This document shows positions 1 to 15,724 of a DNA stretch of 64,000 bases, in pieces (within the stretch, counting starts at the first letter, position 1; each line of letters begins with the position of its first letter). The stretch is taken from assembly GCA_022813965.1 (NCBI GenBank), contig JALDZS010000078.1, positions 1 to 64,000 on the forward strand, read 5' to 3'. The position numbers were made by a program, and so were the translations under genes. This DNA is from Toensbergia leucococca. Lineage: Eukaryota. The notes under the pieces are model-generated. The model was not told where the DNA came from, made no database searches, and worked only from the letters and a program-made list of their open reading frames with translations.

Positions 1-991
1 ATGATCTGGTCAGAGTTGGGCGCTCTCGAGTTTCAATCTGAATGTAAAATTGGGTCTCGTTCAATTCTTTCTGACTCTTCGTATGAAGCAGTACACTGAA
101 TCTCTGGCCGCTTCCGATCTGCAAATGCTTTTTGTCCAGCGGCTTTGTGTAAGAACCATCGGCTTCGATAATAGTAAGCTTGTCGTGACCCTGGATGGCA
201 AGAGAGACGAAAGAGAGCGCAGTGCTTCCAATGAAGCGAAGACGGTACGTCTTGTTCGGCTCAACATTGATAGTCGCCAGTCCACAATTTGAGGAGTTGG
301 CCATGCCTGCGAGCTGACCCTGGCCGTTGACGAGGACATTTTGGGTTTCACCGCTCCACTTGAATGGGTTGGCAACAAGCCCACTTTCAATCTCAGTATC
401 GGTTTCATTGAAGACATCTGATAGGGTAATGATCCTCTCTTCATCATAGTAGTACGGGATCGGCTCTACATCTTGCACAATCAGTGGGCCGGCAGCCGAA
501 ACCGCTTGAAAGCCAACATGGCTATGGTAGAAATAAGTGCCAGCCATTTCTTTTTCTGGGTGGACTTCGTAATCAAAAAAGTAATGAGGCGGTATTGGCC
601 ATTGGCTTGCCTCCGGTGTTCCGTCAGCGAAAGGGGATACGGCCATGCTTAGACCATGCCAGTGCTGTAAACATCAGCAAACATTCAGGCAAATGGACGG
701 CGTTTCTTGTACCATGGTTAGATTCTGATCATCCATATCATTATAGACCCTTATCCAGGAAGTTTTCCCTGCCACTAATCGAACTTCAGGCCCCGGAGAA
801 GATCCATTTATTAGAACGACGCCAGCATTCGTAACGCATGACCTTGTATAAGTCTCTTCAGTCACGCGTAGAATGACATTAGGGACGAAAGTCTGATCAT
901 GAACTGTAGTGCCTGCTGCAGCAGAGTGGAAAAGCAGGATAGTATTACAGGCCCAGAGCAAAGCTGGACAGAGACGCTGAAGAGCACGCAT
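1..991 (-). CDS. Secreted multicopper oxidase (laccase/ascorbate oxidase-like), 5' part only; runs off the window start
   Basis: ATG at 991 with a signal-peptide-like N-terminus (MRALQRLCPALLWAC...) and LINGSSPGP. After a GT-AG intron (712-665) the frame reads HWHGLSMAVSPFADG...GTYFYHSHVGFQ, which contains copper-binding motifs L1 (HWHG) and L2 (YHSH). Confidence 0.93.
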
Positions 992-2043
992 GTTGACAAG
1001 GACTTGGAGTACGAAAATCGTTAGGGCTGACAATTTGTGAAGATAGACGGTAACTTAAGTAGTCACGGAAGCCTGATCGGACTATTTACTCCAAACAGTA
1101 AACGCAGTGCTAGTAGTAGGAGATCATCAGGTGGCGCTCAGAGCTAAGCCGGCCTGGTTTAAACAGGATCAAGGCCTTAGTAATGCTAAGGAAAGAGACA
1201 GGAAAGAGAGCAAGACCTAAAGTGGGGACGTGTGGAACGGTGTGGCTTTAATACGTAGGGATCTGAGACATTTTGAATTCAGTCCATACATCTCTGTGAT
1301 CTACCTAGCTTTTAAGCCGTACATGCAGCTGTAGGTAAGCTGACTGGTCATGGTGGTGAACAAAAGTGTGATGATTGGGAAGTAATGACAACGATTGGAA
1401 CGCGTAGCGACATTTATGTCTAGGTAGAATAGCCTGGACATTTTATGAAGCAGCCTTGGTGTACCTGTACCTGAACTTCTAGCCCATGCAGAGCAACGTG
1501 GAAGCGAAAGCATCGCACTGATGGCAGATTCGCAGGACGTTGTCTTGAACAAGAAGACTCTCGACTGGTGAGATGGCCTATGAGGTGGACACAGATGGAT
1601 CCTGGGCTGAGGTGCTCACTGGGATTCCATGCCTGCAGGATTTTTAGCTAGACAGCGTAACGGCCATGCCTATCTCCGTCCTTCATTGATTGGCCCAACC
1701 CTCAGCTTCATTTCCCTTTTCCTGTCCTTAAATTTACCACCAACAAGTTTATTAATCCGGCTCGCGGGTGGGCGGGAGGCAGTGCAAGGCAAGGCTGAAG
1801 GCTGAAGACGGGAGTAAACTGCATCGACGATGACGGCGGCGAAGAGATCTTCAATGATATTTTTCACGAGATACTCTAATGCCATGACCTGGCTCCTCCA
1901 CCAAAACTTACTCGAATTTGCATCAAATACACCAAAGCACTCGATCTTTAATGTACGGAATAGATGAGATTGTGCAGATGGATCATGGAAACCTGTGGGG
2001 TCAAGCGAGCTTTGCTGTCTCCTTTTCCAACGTCACCTGCAAG

Positions 2044-2049
2044 CCGAGG
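2044..2049 (+). promoter_or_regulatory. Candidate FarA/FarB (CTF1) fatty-acid response site CCGAGG upstream of the HAD gene
   Basis: CCGAGG about 155 bp upstream of ATG 2205 of a PTS1-bearing gene; a 6-mer, so chance occurrence is plausible. Confidence 0.35.
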
Positions 2050-2204
2050 TCTCGGTGCAATGACCTTCAAATGTCATCATCACAAAAGAACCACTCCCCC
2101 AGACTCTAGCATATGTACAAGTAGTGCATGTACTCTCTGCCCGACTATGGAGCTTTATTAACATCCGCTTCTCCTGTCTTCTCGCCATCAAGTACAAGTC
2201 CAAC

Positions 2205-3352
2205 ATGGCTTCAGAGAACATCCCTAAGGCTATTCTCTTCGACGTTGGTGGAGTCTTGGTACAAACATTGAAACCTTCCACACAAAAAATGTCCTAATTT
2301 TTTCTTAGGTACTCTCCCCCTTCCAAGCCATCGTGGATTACGAGAACAAGCACAAAATCCCCAAAGACTGGATCAATTACGCCATCTCCCGCGGTGCCCC
2401 CAATGGCCACTGGCAGCGCCTCGAACGCGGAGAAATCAAGCTTGACGCTGCTTTCTTCACAGGCTTCAACGAGGACTTGCGCAACCCAGAATTGTGGCGC
2501 CTATATCATGAGAGCTTTCGATCTGGCAAGAAAAAGCTCAAGGACATGGCCAACCCTACTCAATTGGGAGACCCTGTGAGCTTAAAAGCCGAGACCGCAA
2601 ATTCGACACCTACAGGGGATGACAGGGGTGCACAATCCTCGTCTCAAAGAGAATTGAAGCCAACAGAAAGTAGCCGAGACAGCGAAAAGCCATCGCTGTC
2701 CAAGCTAGCCAAAGACAGCACAATTGGCGATCCCACCAGCCTCTCAGCCGAAGAAGTCGTTATTCCACCCCAATCCAACACTCGGACCCCTTCCCCACCG
2801 CCCTCTCATACTGGCCCCGACGTCTCCAACTCTGATCCCTCCACCTCCCTCCCCCCAATCCCCACCATAGACGCCGAATCCCTCTTCTGGTCCATGATGT
2901 CCGCCGCCCGCACTCCAGACCCGTACCTCTCCCCAGCCCTCCACACTCTCTCCAAACACCACAAACCCACTTTCATCCTCGGCGCCTTGACCAACACTAT
3001 CATCTTCCCCCCACCTCACCCTTACAGCCAGCCCCACCCCATAGACCCAAAACCCCACTTCGACATCTACATTTCCAGCTCCCACGTCGGCCTGCGCAAA
3101 CCCGACCCGGCCATCTACAAACTCGCCATCTCGGAACTGGATCGCTTTGATCGGGAGAGGGGGGGCGAGGGGGTGGGTGCTGCAGATGTGGTGTTTTTGG
3201 ACGATATTGGAGAGAATTTGAGAGTGGCGAGGGAGGTGGGGATGCGGACCGTGAAGGTGATGATGGGGAAGACGTGGAGGGCGGTGAAAGAGCTTGAAGG
3301 GATTGTTCGGGTAGAGTTGATGGATGAGAAGACGAGGAGGGCGAAGTTGTAG
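2205..3352 (+). CDS. HAD-superfamily hydrolase (soluble epoxide hydrolase N-terminal phosphatase-like), C-terminal PTS1 (-AKL)
   Basis: Exon 1 MASENIPKAILFDVGGVL (HAD motif I region), intron 2259-2308, then VLSPFQAI...WQRLERGE...ALTNT...FDIYISSSHVGLRKPDPAIY...VVFLDDIGENLRVAREVGMRTV; ends RRAKL*. Confidence 0.9.
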
Positions 3353-3683
3353 AGTAGGTATGTACATAAGAGAACTCGATCTAACAGCATCATTATCAAC
3401 ATCCATGGAAAATCAATCTGAACCTCTCACACTTCCGGTGAAACAAGAGAGTTTCTTCAACCATTATATGCATGTCTGCTTTATTTTGAAAGTGAAGGTG
3501 GCAGGTGAGATTTGAAAACGCATGGAACACGAGACATGTTTCAAACATCTGAAAATGAAGAGTCAAAAAAAACCATCATTTAAGAGACCGCAAAGAAAAG
3601 GTTTTTTTGAAATCATCTAAGCCCTGAAGAGAATAAGAGAATATGATATACTGGGGAAGATTTGAGAGGAAGTGAGGGGGGGG

Positions 3684-3700
3684 GAGAGAGAGAGAGAGAG
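3684..3700. repeat. (GA)n microsatellite following a poly-G run
   Basis: gggggggggagagagagagagagaga read directly. Confidence 0.85.
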
Positions 3701-4274
3701 ATACGACAACCCTCTTCCCAAACTCCAGCCAAAGAATCAAAAGAAAGATGGGAACGCCACAGAAGCTCAGAGCAAGAAGACGCAAACACACGTTCACATT
3801 AACAAACAGACACCCCTGAACCCAAAAACCCAAGTCCCATTGACAAAGAACTTCAAAACACCGGGTGAAGAGAAAAAAAATCCAAAAATCACTCGGGGGG
3901 GTGAAGACAAGCCGCAAAGAGTCAATTGAAAAAACCCCACCCGCTATCCCAGACACCAGACATAAAAATATTCATTAATTCACCCTCCCGCCACCCCTAT
4001 TCCGGGCAACGGGGCGAGAGTGTATCCGTTCCTGATATATAGAAAAAGGAAAGGGGGTCTCCACGCCACCAGGACAGGAACAGGCCCACACCACCTTCCC
4101 AACTAACCAACCAATCATTCAATCCAGACATCATCACCCCCCCCCTCCGAAAACCTCATGGCTACCTAAGAACCCCAGTAGCCCGAGCCCCTATACCCAT
4201 ATATCCGTCTCCCCTCTCAAAAAATATATACGTTCTAAAACAATCGCACGACACAACCCATAACAACAGTCATC

Positions 4275-6954
4275 CTAACTATAAACCGGCGCCTTAACAA
4301 GCACACTCCTCCCCCTGACCTCCACAGCCATAAAAGCTGCAAATCTCACCCTCTCCTCTTTGGGCTGCACCACCTGCGCCTGCTGCACTCTAGAAGGAGC
4401 TTCCCCGCTAGCACCAGCAACGCCTGCGCCCTTCTTCCCCATTAACCCTCCGAACATGCCTTTTTTCTTCTGCAAAAGCTGCTGCTGCCCGCTACCAGCA
4501 AGCTCTTTCAACGGCACCGGCTCCCCGTCACCGTCTTTGCCGTCCCCAACATTGGTGTCCGCGCTCGCGCTGTCAGACTTATCATTTCCGTCGGTTCCGG
4601 TGCCCTCGCCTGGGTTCGTTAGTAGGGGTAGGGTGGCTTCAACTTTCATGTAGGCTTCGTTGACTAGGGTTCCCGGAAGAATGTATTCTACGAAAACGTC
4701 CCGGCTTTCTAGAGGGAGATTGGCAGCGATTCCAACCGCTAGTTCAATGATCATTGATACACCGCTGTCTAGGCCTGCAGGTGGAGGTTCTTTGAGGTTC
4801 ATCATTAAGCTTGCTGTCAGTTTCTCTGCCAGCGACTCCGTCAGCGAAACACGGTAATCTTCTGCCTGGGAGCTGCTGAGCATCTCCTGTAGACCATCGA
4901 TTGTCCCCAGACGCCAATTGGAGATTTTGGCCACGAGGGCTTCTTTTTCCTCGTCAGAAGGCGTAGCTGGTGCGAATCGTCTCAGGTTCTTCTCAATGAT
5001 TTTTAATTGTGAGCTTAGGCTAGGTTCCAAGCTAGGGTGGAAATAGCGTTCCAGGATTTCATCGACGATCCAGCGACTGATGCATGCTCTTCCCACTGCT
5101 GTCATTTCCTTCGTCGGCAGTGTTGTGGCTTCTCTGTTTACGTGTGGAGCAAGCCACGGAGGGACGTTACGCCAGTCTCGGCGAATGTTGAAGGCGAGGT
5201 TGTTGATTTGAGAATCGAGCCGAGAGAAGCGGTTTGCATATTCATTATCATCAAGCGACGTGCGGGATTGTGAAAGGCGTTGATGGGCTAGTGTGTTCTG
5301 GAGTTGCTGGACTTGGGAGTCTTTATCAAAGTAGTACTTCTTGACTTTGCGATATTTATCCTCTAATTCTCATGTCAGGAGATAGAGGTGACATTGTAGC
5401 ATAATATTGAATACAAGGAAATAACTTACGTAGCTCGTCGTGTCTTGCGAGCAATTGACTAACATCTAAATTTGTAAGATCGTCTCGTGACCGGCTCGGA
5501 GGTGGTGAACCGCTTCGAGGCTCTGGCATAGATTGTTGTGCCATTGGCGAAGACAGAGGGGGCCTGTAACCAGTGGTCGCCTGGTTTCCGACGCCAAGCT
5601 GAGAGCCGTAAGGGGCCGAAGATGTAGTCGGAGGCTGATTATGACCTTGGATGCTCGAACTGTGAGGTTGGAATGATCCTTCTCTGCTTAAACCTCCTGG
5701 ATGGTTCTGCTGATTCGATTCTATTGAACGTCTATCTTGAGATGACTGAGCTTGTGGCGGCCCCATAGGTCCAATTATATACGGTGATGAAAAGCCTTGA
5801 GGCGGGCCTAGTCTTTGTTGTGGGAAATCGCTGCTTCGATAATGAGTCTGTAATGGTGACGGCGGGGGACCCTGCTTCGTTTGTTGAATATCGCTTACTC
5901 GATGCTGCGTTTGTAATGACGAAGTCGATTCGTAAGATTGCTGGGAAGGTGGTCTGCTAGAATGTGTATCTTGGAAATGTTGCTGGATGGCCTCTTGGGC
6001 TCCTCGAGACGGTAATTGATGGCTGTTTGTGGAGGTCGACGAGGCAGGCGATGGCTGGAAAGCTTGATATTGTGGCTGTTGCTCGGATTGGGTACGGTAA
6101 TGTCCCTGCGACAAATGAGCAGCTTTGGCCCACGCCGAGCCTTTCGGTTGCCCCTGTTGCTCCAGTGTTCGCTGATCGTCAGAGTCTGTAATGTCACCTT
6201 GTAATGGCGCCTTATTGTAAGGATATGCTTGTTGAGACGAAGGCGGATGTTGATTCAACTTGTAGGGTTCTTTGGAAGGTATGGGAGGGCCAGTCTCATT
6301 GGGATGAAGATGGGACGCGTCGAAGCCGGGTGAACCTTGAGCTTCCTCCTCTTCGCTCGTCTGGGCTGGAGATGTTGCAGAAGTCAATCTTTGGGGCCAA
6401 TGTTTTTGAGAGTTGCTAGTATCTGTGGTAGCCTCGGATCCGGGAAGCTTCTTCCTTACGGATATGCTGCGGCCCACGCCTCTCTGACCAAGCGCGCTCG
6501 GGTTGTGGGTTAGTTCTTTTGCAGAAGAGAGACTACCTAGACCAAAGAAACGTTTTCTTTTCGACTCCTCCTTCTGCACGGTCTGGGCTGGTGCCTGTTG
6601 ATAGAACGAGTCGGGATCCTCGTCGATGGTAGATGAAGATGCACTGTCTTGTGTGGGGACAACGAGTTGGATTGTAGGGTGATGAGGGTTGTTTGGTGGC
6701 GGGGATCGTTGACTCTGAGAGCGGGTTGGTACTCCTACCTGGTAGAATCTAGCTTCGTCGGAGCGGTAAGGACGGGCGAAGTTATGATCTTCTTCGTCGT
6801 GGATCTGCAATGAGGCGTTGGACGGCGGGGGAAAGGCCGGTGAATGCAAGGGGGAGTCAATGGGTGAAGGGTGGTAAGAGGTTGCCTCTTGACTGCTCAG
6901 GAGAGAGGCCTGTGATCGGTTCGGCTTAAAAAGGTTGGGTAATTTGGAGGGCAT
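4275..6954 (-). CDS. Conserved fungal hypothetical protein: long Q/S/P-rich disordered N-terminus, coiled coil and helical C-terminal domain
   Basis: ORFs 5356-6954 and 4275-5105 join across intron 5429-5363 (GTAAGT...TTAG), giving ...HDELQDKYRKVKKYYFDKDSQVQQLQNTLAHQRLSQSRTSLDDNEY...EMTAVGRAC...EVRGRSVLVKAPVYS. Confidence 0.85.
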
Positions 6955-9211
6955 GGCGATGGAGAGCGTGGTCGAGTTTGGCTCTCCCTGACCCTAGTTC
7001 TAGCAGGAAGATTGGGCAGTCTCACAAGTCACCACCCCCAGCTCTGGCGTCTCTCGTATTGCTCGGGGTTAGGGGGGTCAGATCTTAGTCGTGGACTGGC
7101 CATGATTAGACCTCAACCTATTCCCTTTCCCTCCTCTCGCGGCCCGATTCAAAGACTAGAGACCTGGTGGCTACCTGCTGTGCCTGAATTTCGCATCAAG
7201 ATTACTTGCCTGAGCCAGGACACCGCTACACTCGCCGCTTGCTGTTGTGCTTGATATGCAAGCCATGAGGCTGTGTGCAGAAGCGGTATTAATAGCAACA
7301 CGACCGCTTGCTGCTATCGACACATCCTAACCACTACATGGCAAGATCACTCAACTTCGCACCCCCTAATGCCATGTTCATGTATGTGAAACTCATTCCT
7401 TTTGCCCTCGAAACCCAGGCAAAGTGGCCAAAGGGCCCCTACCTATGCATCACCTGTCACACGTGGAGGATTGGCCTCTGATCCTGCAATTCAAGCACAA
7501 TCATTCATCAGCGTGTTGCTCTACGCTCTTGCATACTGCTAGATGTGTTGGGGACAGCCTGTATTACAGGAGGTTGCAATTTGCCACGCCATGTTTTGCC
7601 TCCACCGTCGAGACCCGTTGCTTTTTGTGATATCGTTCAGCTGCCGACCCAAGAATGGTCAATAATTCAACGTCCTTCACCCACACCTTTCAAGAACGCT
7701 CATGTGCCCCCTTCCCTCCTTTTACCTATCCAATTGAATATAGGTCCCATGACGGGTGTTGGCATCGAGATGGATGCAAGTACATGCCATTCAGGAGTCC
7801 GAGATTGCTCGGTGACCTCCTGCGTCAGATTGCCTCGAGGAATGCGACATTAGATTAGGTGCTTTGATTTTTGTCGAAATGTGACGGCGTCAATATCCTT
7901 TTCTGGAAACTTCGTCTGCAAGAAGCCTCTCAACTTACGCTTCTCCACAAGCTTTTTATTTTGCGCTGCTGCATTTACATTCATGTCCCATCGGCCGCTC
8001 TTCAGCCCACTGTTCCCACGTATTGCCCATCCTCCATCTTTGACTTGAAGCTCTTCCGATGACGACCCATCAGCTCAGCTTCTCACATAATACTTCACAC
8101 AAGCTCTGAAAGATTCCGAATATTTCTCACTCTCACCAGAAATCCCCTAGAGGTCTATCGCGTTGACCCTAGGGTTTTTGGCACCTTTGAAAAGGTCTCA
8201 TTCAAATATTGACCTCTTCTACTTCCTTCGCTTCCTCTCACCGTCTCCTACTTCACCAATTATTTTGACATATTCATGACCTAAGACCATAATGAAAAAG
8301 ACAACAGAAGATGAAGAGATCAAGATCTGCATCTCATCTCGAAGGTAGCGGGATTCAGTATCAAAGGTGAGGACTGGACACAGATCATCAATAGAAGCAA
8401 TAGGGAAGTTGAGCTTGACAACCTTCTAAGACAATCTATTGTGGCCATAGGAATGGACGAACAAAGGTAAGCTTCGGTGTCTGCTGTTCCCTTTCACAAT
8501 TCTTAGGCTTCAAAGATCTATGAAGTGTAGAAAATTTATCATTTGATGAAGAAATTGTCGTGGTAAAATCGAAGGCTCTAGATTTAGTAGTATTTGTACA
8601 AAGTAGAGGCAAGCCCTTTGAACTCTTGGCTGAGCTTGATATTTTGTTGTTATAGGGAGACTTGTTATGTTTGCTGAAGCCCGTAGGCTTCCAAAAAAAC
8701 TCTTCGATTTCTTTGTTTTATGTACACTCAACAGAAGGACGCCTTACTGAGCAAAACAATTGTCTTAAAATAACAGAAATTCTTTACTCCCCTAACACCT
8801 CGATCTACGCTCTCTCTGTGTTAGTAGCAGAGATAAGCTTGCATGGAGAGATGATGCGCGAACGGGAAATTTGTGAGGAAGATGTTACATAGATCTTTCC
8901 TCCACCAAACTTTTGAAGATTTCGCCCATGGAATAAGAAGAGTCTTTACCAGTTTCGAGGGACTTCGGCCTGTATAGCAAGAAATCTGATGTTAGGTATT
9001 TGTTAGCTAGACTCTGAAGAGCCACGAGCGATACTTTCGATAATGAACCCTTCTACAGTGATCAGAATCGGTCGTGGGCGACTCGAAGTGATGGAAACTC
9101 GTCTTTGGCCTGCAACACAGGCTGGTGCGACCTGTAGCTATATTTAGAACTGGCTCACAGGGCGGGGTCATTCGGGTCAATCCTATCGCACGGCACCTGG
9201 ACCTCTCCGCT

Positions 9212-11504
<2,293 letters not shown>

Positions 11505-12791
11505 GTCCAGAGGAATGGCCTGTATGCTTGTCTGTCGGTTGAACTTTGGAGTCTCTGACGGTCAGTTTGAGTGATGAAATCCTAGTCACAACGTAGTATT
11601 ATCTGGCCATGTTGAAGAATCTATAGACTGTGAACAAGCCTCTGAACCAACGCTGTGGCTCACAGGCTGCAACCTGTGAATGGTTGGATTGAGTCGAGGA
11701 ATATCTTCAAAAGTGGCAGGGTGGCCTTAGAACATCCGTACGGAGACCTAAACCACCAAATGCTACGGATAGGTAGAATAAGGTATTTGCCTCGGCACAC
11801 TACCTAGCTCAAAGTTATCTAGCTCTTACAGAGTATCAAATCTTGCAATGTCCCGGACAAATTCTTTTCGAGGACACGAGCATTTTAGTGGCTTCATTGT
11901 TCCAAAGACTCAAAGATGAAGGGGGTATCGCTTTGGTATTGATTTCCCCCGTGCGAAATTGAACGGAATGAAGAACATGCGGATGATGGCCTTGGACTCG
12001 ATGAAGAGCGACCCAATAAGCAAGATAGGATTAACTTCAGTGCTTTAAGATGAAAGCGTAAATGAACATTCGACGGCGACACCAATGAAGCTCACTTGGC
12101 TGGATTCCAAGCTTACTAGGAGCAAGAGACTACAAGACTTCTTACTTGGCGACAGAGGACAAGATGAAAGACTTTATACGAGTACCTATGTAGGACCACC
12201 CAATTTCTTGTTCTAGCCAATGACGAACGGCATTCAACCCGAATGGGAAATCATGGGGCATCGGTCTTGTCTGCTTTGCTTGTTCGGTAAGGTAAGGCTG
12301 ATGGTGACATGCGAACACTTGCGTTAGGAAGGCTAGACCATCTTCATTGTAAATCTCTGTCCCTCTGTTCAGCGCTTCCTATCATTCCAGTTATCCTACT
12401 CTATGCAATCCTACTTCTATGTGCTTAAAGCCCCACTCCCCTACAAGGCACAGATCTACATTCTTTGAGCCTTGTTGGACCATTCTACTATTCTTATGAA
12501 TACTTTTGAAATCCGGTGACACGAGCGTCCCACCAGCTCGGAATGCCCATCCACGTGGCTTATGATCAATTTCTCTATTGGTAGAGGAATCTCTGCTTCA
12601 AACTATCATTGCGCTGATCAACGCAACCCACCCTTGGTTGTTTCCACATATCTTTCTTCGTGTCTTTCGTCACTGCCATCGCGAGTGGAGTTGAGATTCA
12701 CTGTCTGTATCTTAGGTACTTGGAGTGTTTCCAAGGCGCTTTTCTTTTTCTGCACAACCTTCTGCTTAAGATACGATTTGGGATAGGCAGC

Positions 12792-14454
12792 ATGGGTCCG
12801 TCTACTCAAAGTCGTCCTGGAAAGAGATTAATCGTAGCTTGCGACGGTGAAACCCCGTTCACTCTACTGTTCCTAGTCGTGTTTGCTTACTTGAGCTTCG
12901 CTGACGGCTTTCCGAAGGTACCTGGATAGTACGTCATTTGCTACCGTTATTTGATATCTGCTAACCCAGAGATGATCAGGATAGTGATTACGGCTTCGTA
13001 AGGGACTCATATCTCCCATGGAACATGAATGGTAAAATACAAAATCCGTCAAACGTAACTCGCATTGTTCGAGCAATTCGACCAGAAAGCTTCGATGGCA
13101 TTCCCCAGATTGTGTATTACCAAGCTGGGTTAGGCAGTACTGGCGCGTTATGGGACCGCCTTTACGGCGGTGGTACTGGTGCAGGAATCTCTGAGAACAT
13201 CCGGGAAGCCTATGCATTTCTTGCCGATAATTACCAGCCGGGAGATGAGCTTTTCCTTACCGGCTTCTCGAGAGGTGCTTTTACTGCTCGCAGTATTGCA
13301 GGCCTAATTGCGAGTATCGGACTGCTAACGAGGAGAGGCATGACCTACTTTTACGAAATCTTCAAAGATTGGGAAAATCAAGTCACTCCAGGATACGTCT
13401 CCCAGTCTCCGGACAAACCGTTCCCTAATCGTCCAAATATCACTAATCCGGCATACTCGAAAGAACTCGAGAAGGTATAGACCAAACACACGAGGGCATT
13501 GGATTACGCTAATAAAACACCTAGCGCCTTTTATCGCGTCTGAATATCCCAATTCGTGCTGTAGCTGTATGGGAGACTGTCGGTAAATGGCCATCAATCC
13601 GTTGGGATTCTTGAAGTACTAATGGCAGGGTTCAGGCTCACTCGGGATCCCGCAACTCGGTCCATTTCCGCCAGCAGCTTCTGAATACTCCTTTGTTGAC
13701 ACGAAGGTCTCTCCCAACGTCGAACATGCTTTCCAAGCTCTAGCGCTTGATGAACATCGCAGGCCATTCTCACCGAGCGTCTGGGAGATACCAAAGGGGC
13801 AAGAGCTGCCAAAAGTCTTGAAGCAATGCTGGTTTCCAGGGGTTCATAGCAATGTGAGTTTGCCTCTATTGGTATATCCATTTACTAGCTGGACTCACTC
13901 TCTAGGTCGGTGGCGGAAGCTATGACGATACTCAGATCGGGGATCTAACGTTGGCATGGATGATCTCTCAACTCAATAAACTCCTCTCATTTGACAATGA
14001 CTATGTACTTTGGCAGCACGACCTCAATGTTGGATACTACAAGCAGCGACACGAAATCCCAAGATCTTGGGGACTCGGCGAGATCTACAATTCCTACCGA
14101 GGCATCGAGGTCATTGCAGGCAAGAAAGTGCGCACACCGGGCGCATACTACGCTACAGACCCCACTACAGGAAAGACCACCAAACGCATGTTGCAAAACA
14201 CTAACGAGCACATCCATGCTTCTGTACGACTTCGCATAGCTCTTGGAGGATTGGGATCAAATGACAAGGGCGTATATGATCCAGCCGCTTTGGCGGGTTG
14301 GAGTTTGGTAGGCGCAGAACACGCGAGTTCCCCAACTCAGAAAAACGTGCGGTGGGAGTATGGGAATGAGGAAATGGAGCCGGAACGGGTCTTGCTGGAA
14401 GATGAGCTGGGGGATGTTGAGCGGTTGTTGCTCGACAAATGGCGCCAAGGTTGA
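12792..14454 (+). CDS. DUF2235 / Tle1-like alpha/beta hydrolase (putative phospholipase), multi-exon
   Basis: KRLIVACDGTW, PSNVTRIVRAI, QIVYYQAGLGS, ENIREAYAFLADNYQPGDELFLTGFSRGAFTARS (nucleophile elbow), AVWETVGSLGIP, HAFQALALDEHRRPF, QCWFPGVHSNVGGG; all assembled across GT-AG introns. Confidence 0.92.
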
Positions 14455-15724
14455 GGATGAGAGCTGTAGCTTGCAAGCGTAGAATTCCTTGATGCTTTGC
14501 CCCCTGCGGAGCGTGCTTTTTCCCCTGGTCGATTTCTTTAACAGGCTTCGTTCCTGCGTTGTTCGCTTTGCGTTCTTCGCTGCGGAGAATGGAGTTTGGA
14601 CTTGTTTTAGGAGCTGTTTTGTCGGGGTTGCTGGATTTCGGTCATTGTGTCTCGTGGGCTGCGAGTACATCCTCTATTCCCCCCCCGCCCCTTAAATTTG
14701 TCCTCCCTTGCCTCGAGTTCACCCCACTTTCAAAATTCATCTTTGAATATAGATGTGAGATGCCGTTCATGTGTATCTGATATTCTTTTGGTAATTCAAA
14801 TTTCATCGGCCATTGGGCCGGCCCCCTCTCTTCTGTTTCTCTCTCCTGCGCCCTCGTACTCTTTCTCCCGAACCCCCCCCTTTGCTGTACGTCTCATTTT
14901 TTGAAAACCTCACCCCCGTCAGCTCTGGGCCTTGTATTCCCCATCTCTTGTCATGGGATTGTCTTGCTATATTTTTGGATTGGAAAGGGGGTGTTTTCGT
15001 AGTTGTTGAGGTAGAGTTGAGTGAAGGCATGTGTGGCGTAGAAGTTATTGTGGTCAAGGGGGCGGGAGAAGAGGTGTGCGTGAAGGGGGTTTCATTCAAG
15101 TTTTTTTGGAAGTAGTATATATGTCTGGTCTTTTCTTTACTGAGACTTATATGTGTGACTTGAATCATAAGAAAAGCTTCTATCTGAAGTGGATTTCGGT
15201 GACTGATCAGTCAACGACAAAATTTAGTCTCAAATGACTATATAATCTTACATGACAGATAAACTATGATCCTCCCCAATCAAAGAAAAGCGTTTATTTG
15301 CTTTCACCTCGTTCCAAGAAGTTATACCCAAAAGTAATTGAAAGGAAATCATACGCCCAAATATGTTTGATCCCACCACCCCCCAAGAAAAAGGGGTTAT
15401 ACCATCACCCCTTCTCTTTTTCTTCACCTCGGCAGGATGGTTCCTATCTACACAGCAATATCACATATGTTTTCTAAGTTCGCTTCATCTTCCTTCTCGT
15501 CATATCCTGCCTTCTTATGGCTCAGCTATGTCCAAGGTGGGAGAGTGTAGACAACCGCGATCCGCCGCATGATTACACCCTTAACCGGGCAGGGGCGGCG
15601 GGGTGGTTGTGAAGGCTCGGCTTGCCGGTAATATTCCATGGTAGGGCATCGGGATGATCCATGATGTCTGTCCGTTGAATGGCGAGGTTGAATCAATCCT
15701 TGACGGCGGAGAGTCATTCCCGGG

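Noticed and set aside
2744..3406. 220-aa minus-strand ORF
   Set aside because: Antisense shadow of the HAD hydrolase.
3576..3956. 126-aa hydrophobic minus-strand ORF
   Set aside because: Lies in A/C-skewed, microsatellite-containing DNA with a non-ATG start; the hydrophobicity follows from T/G bias and no family motif is present.
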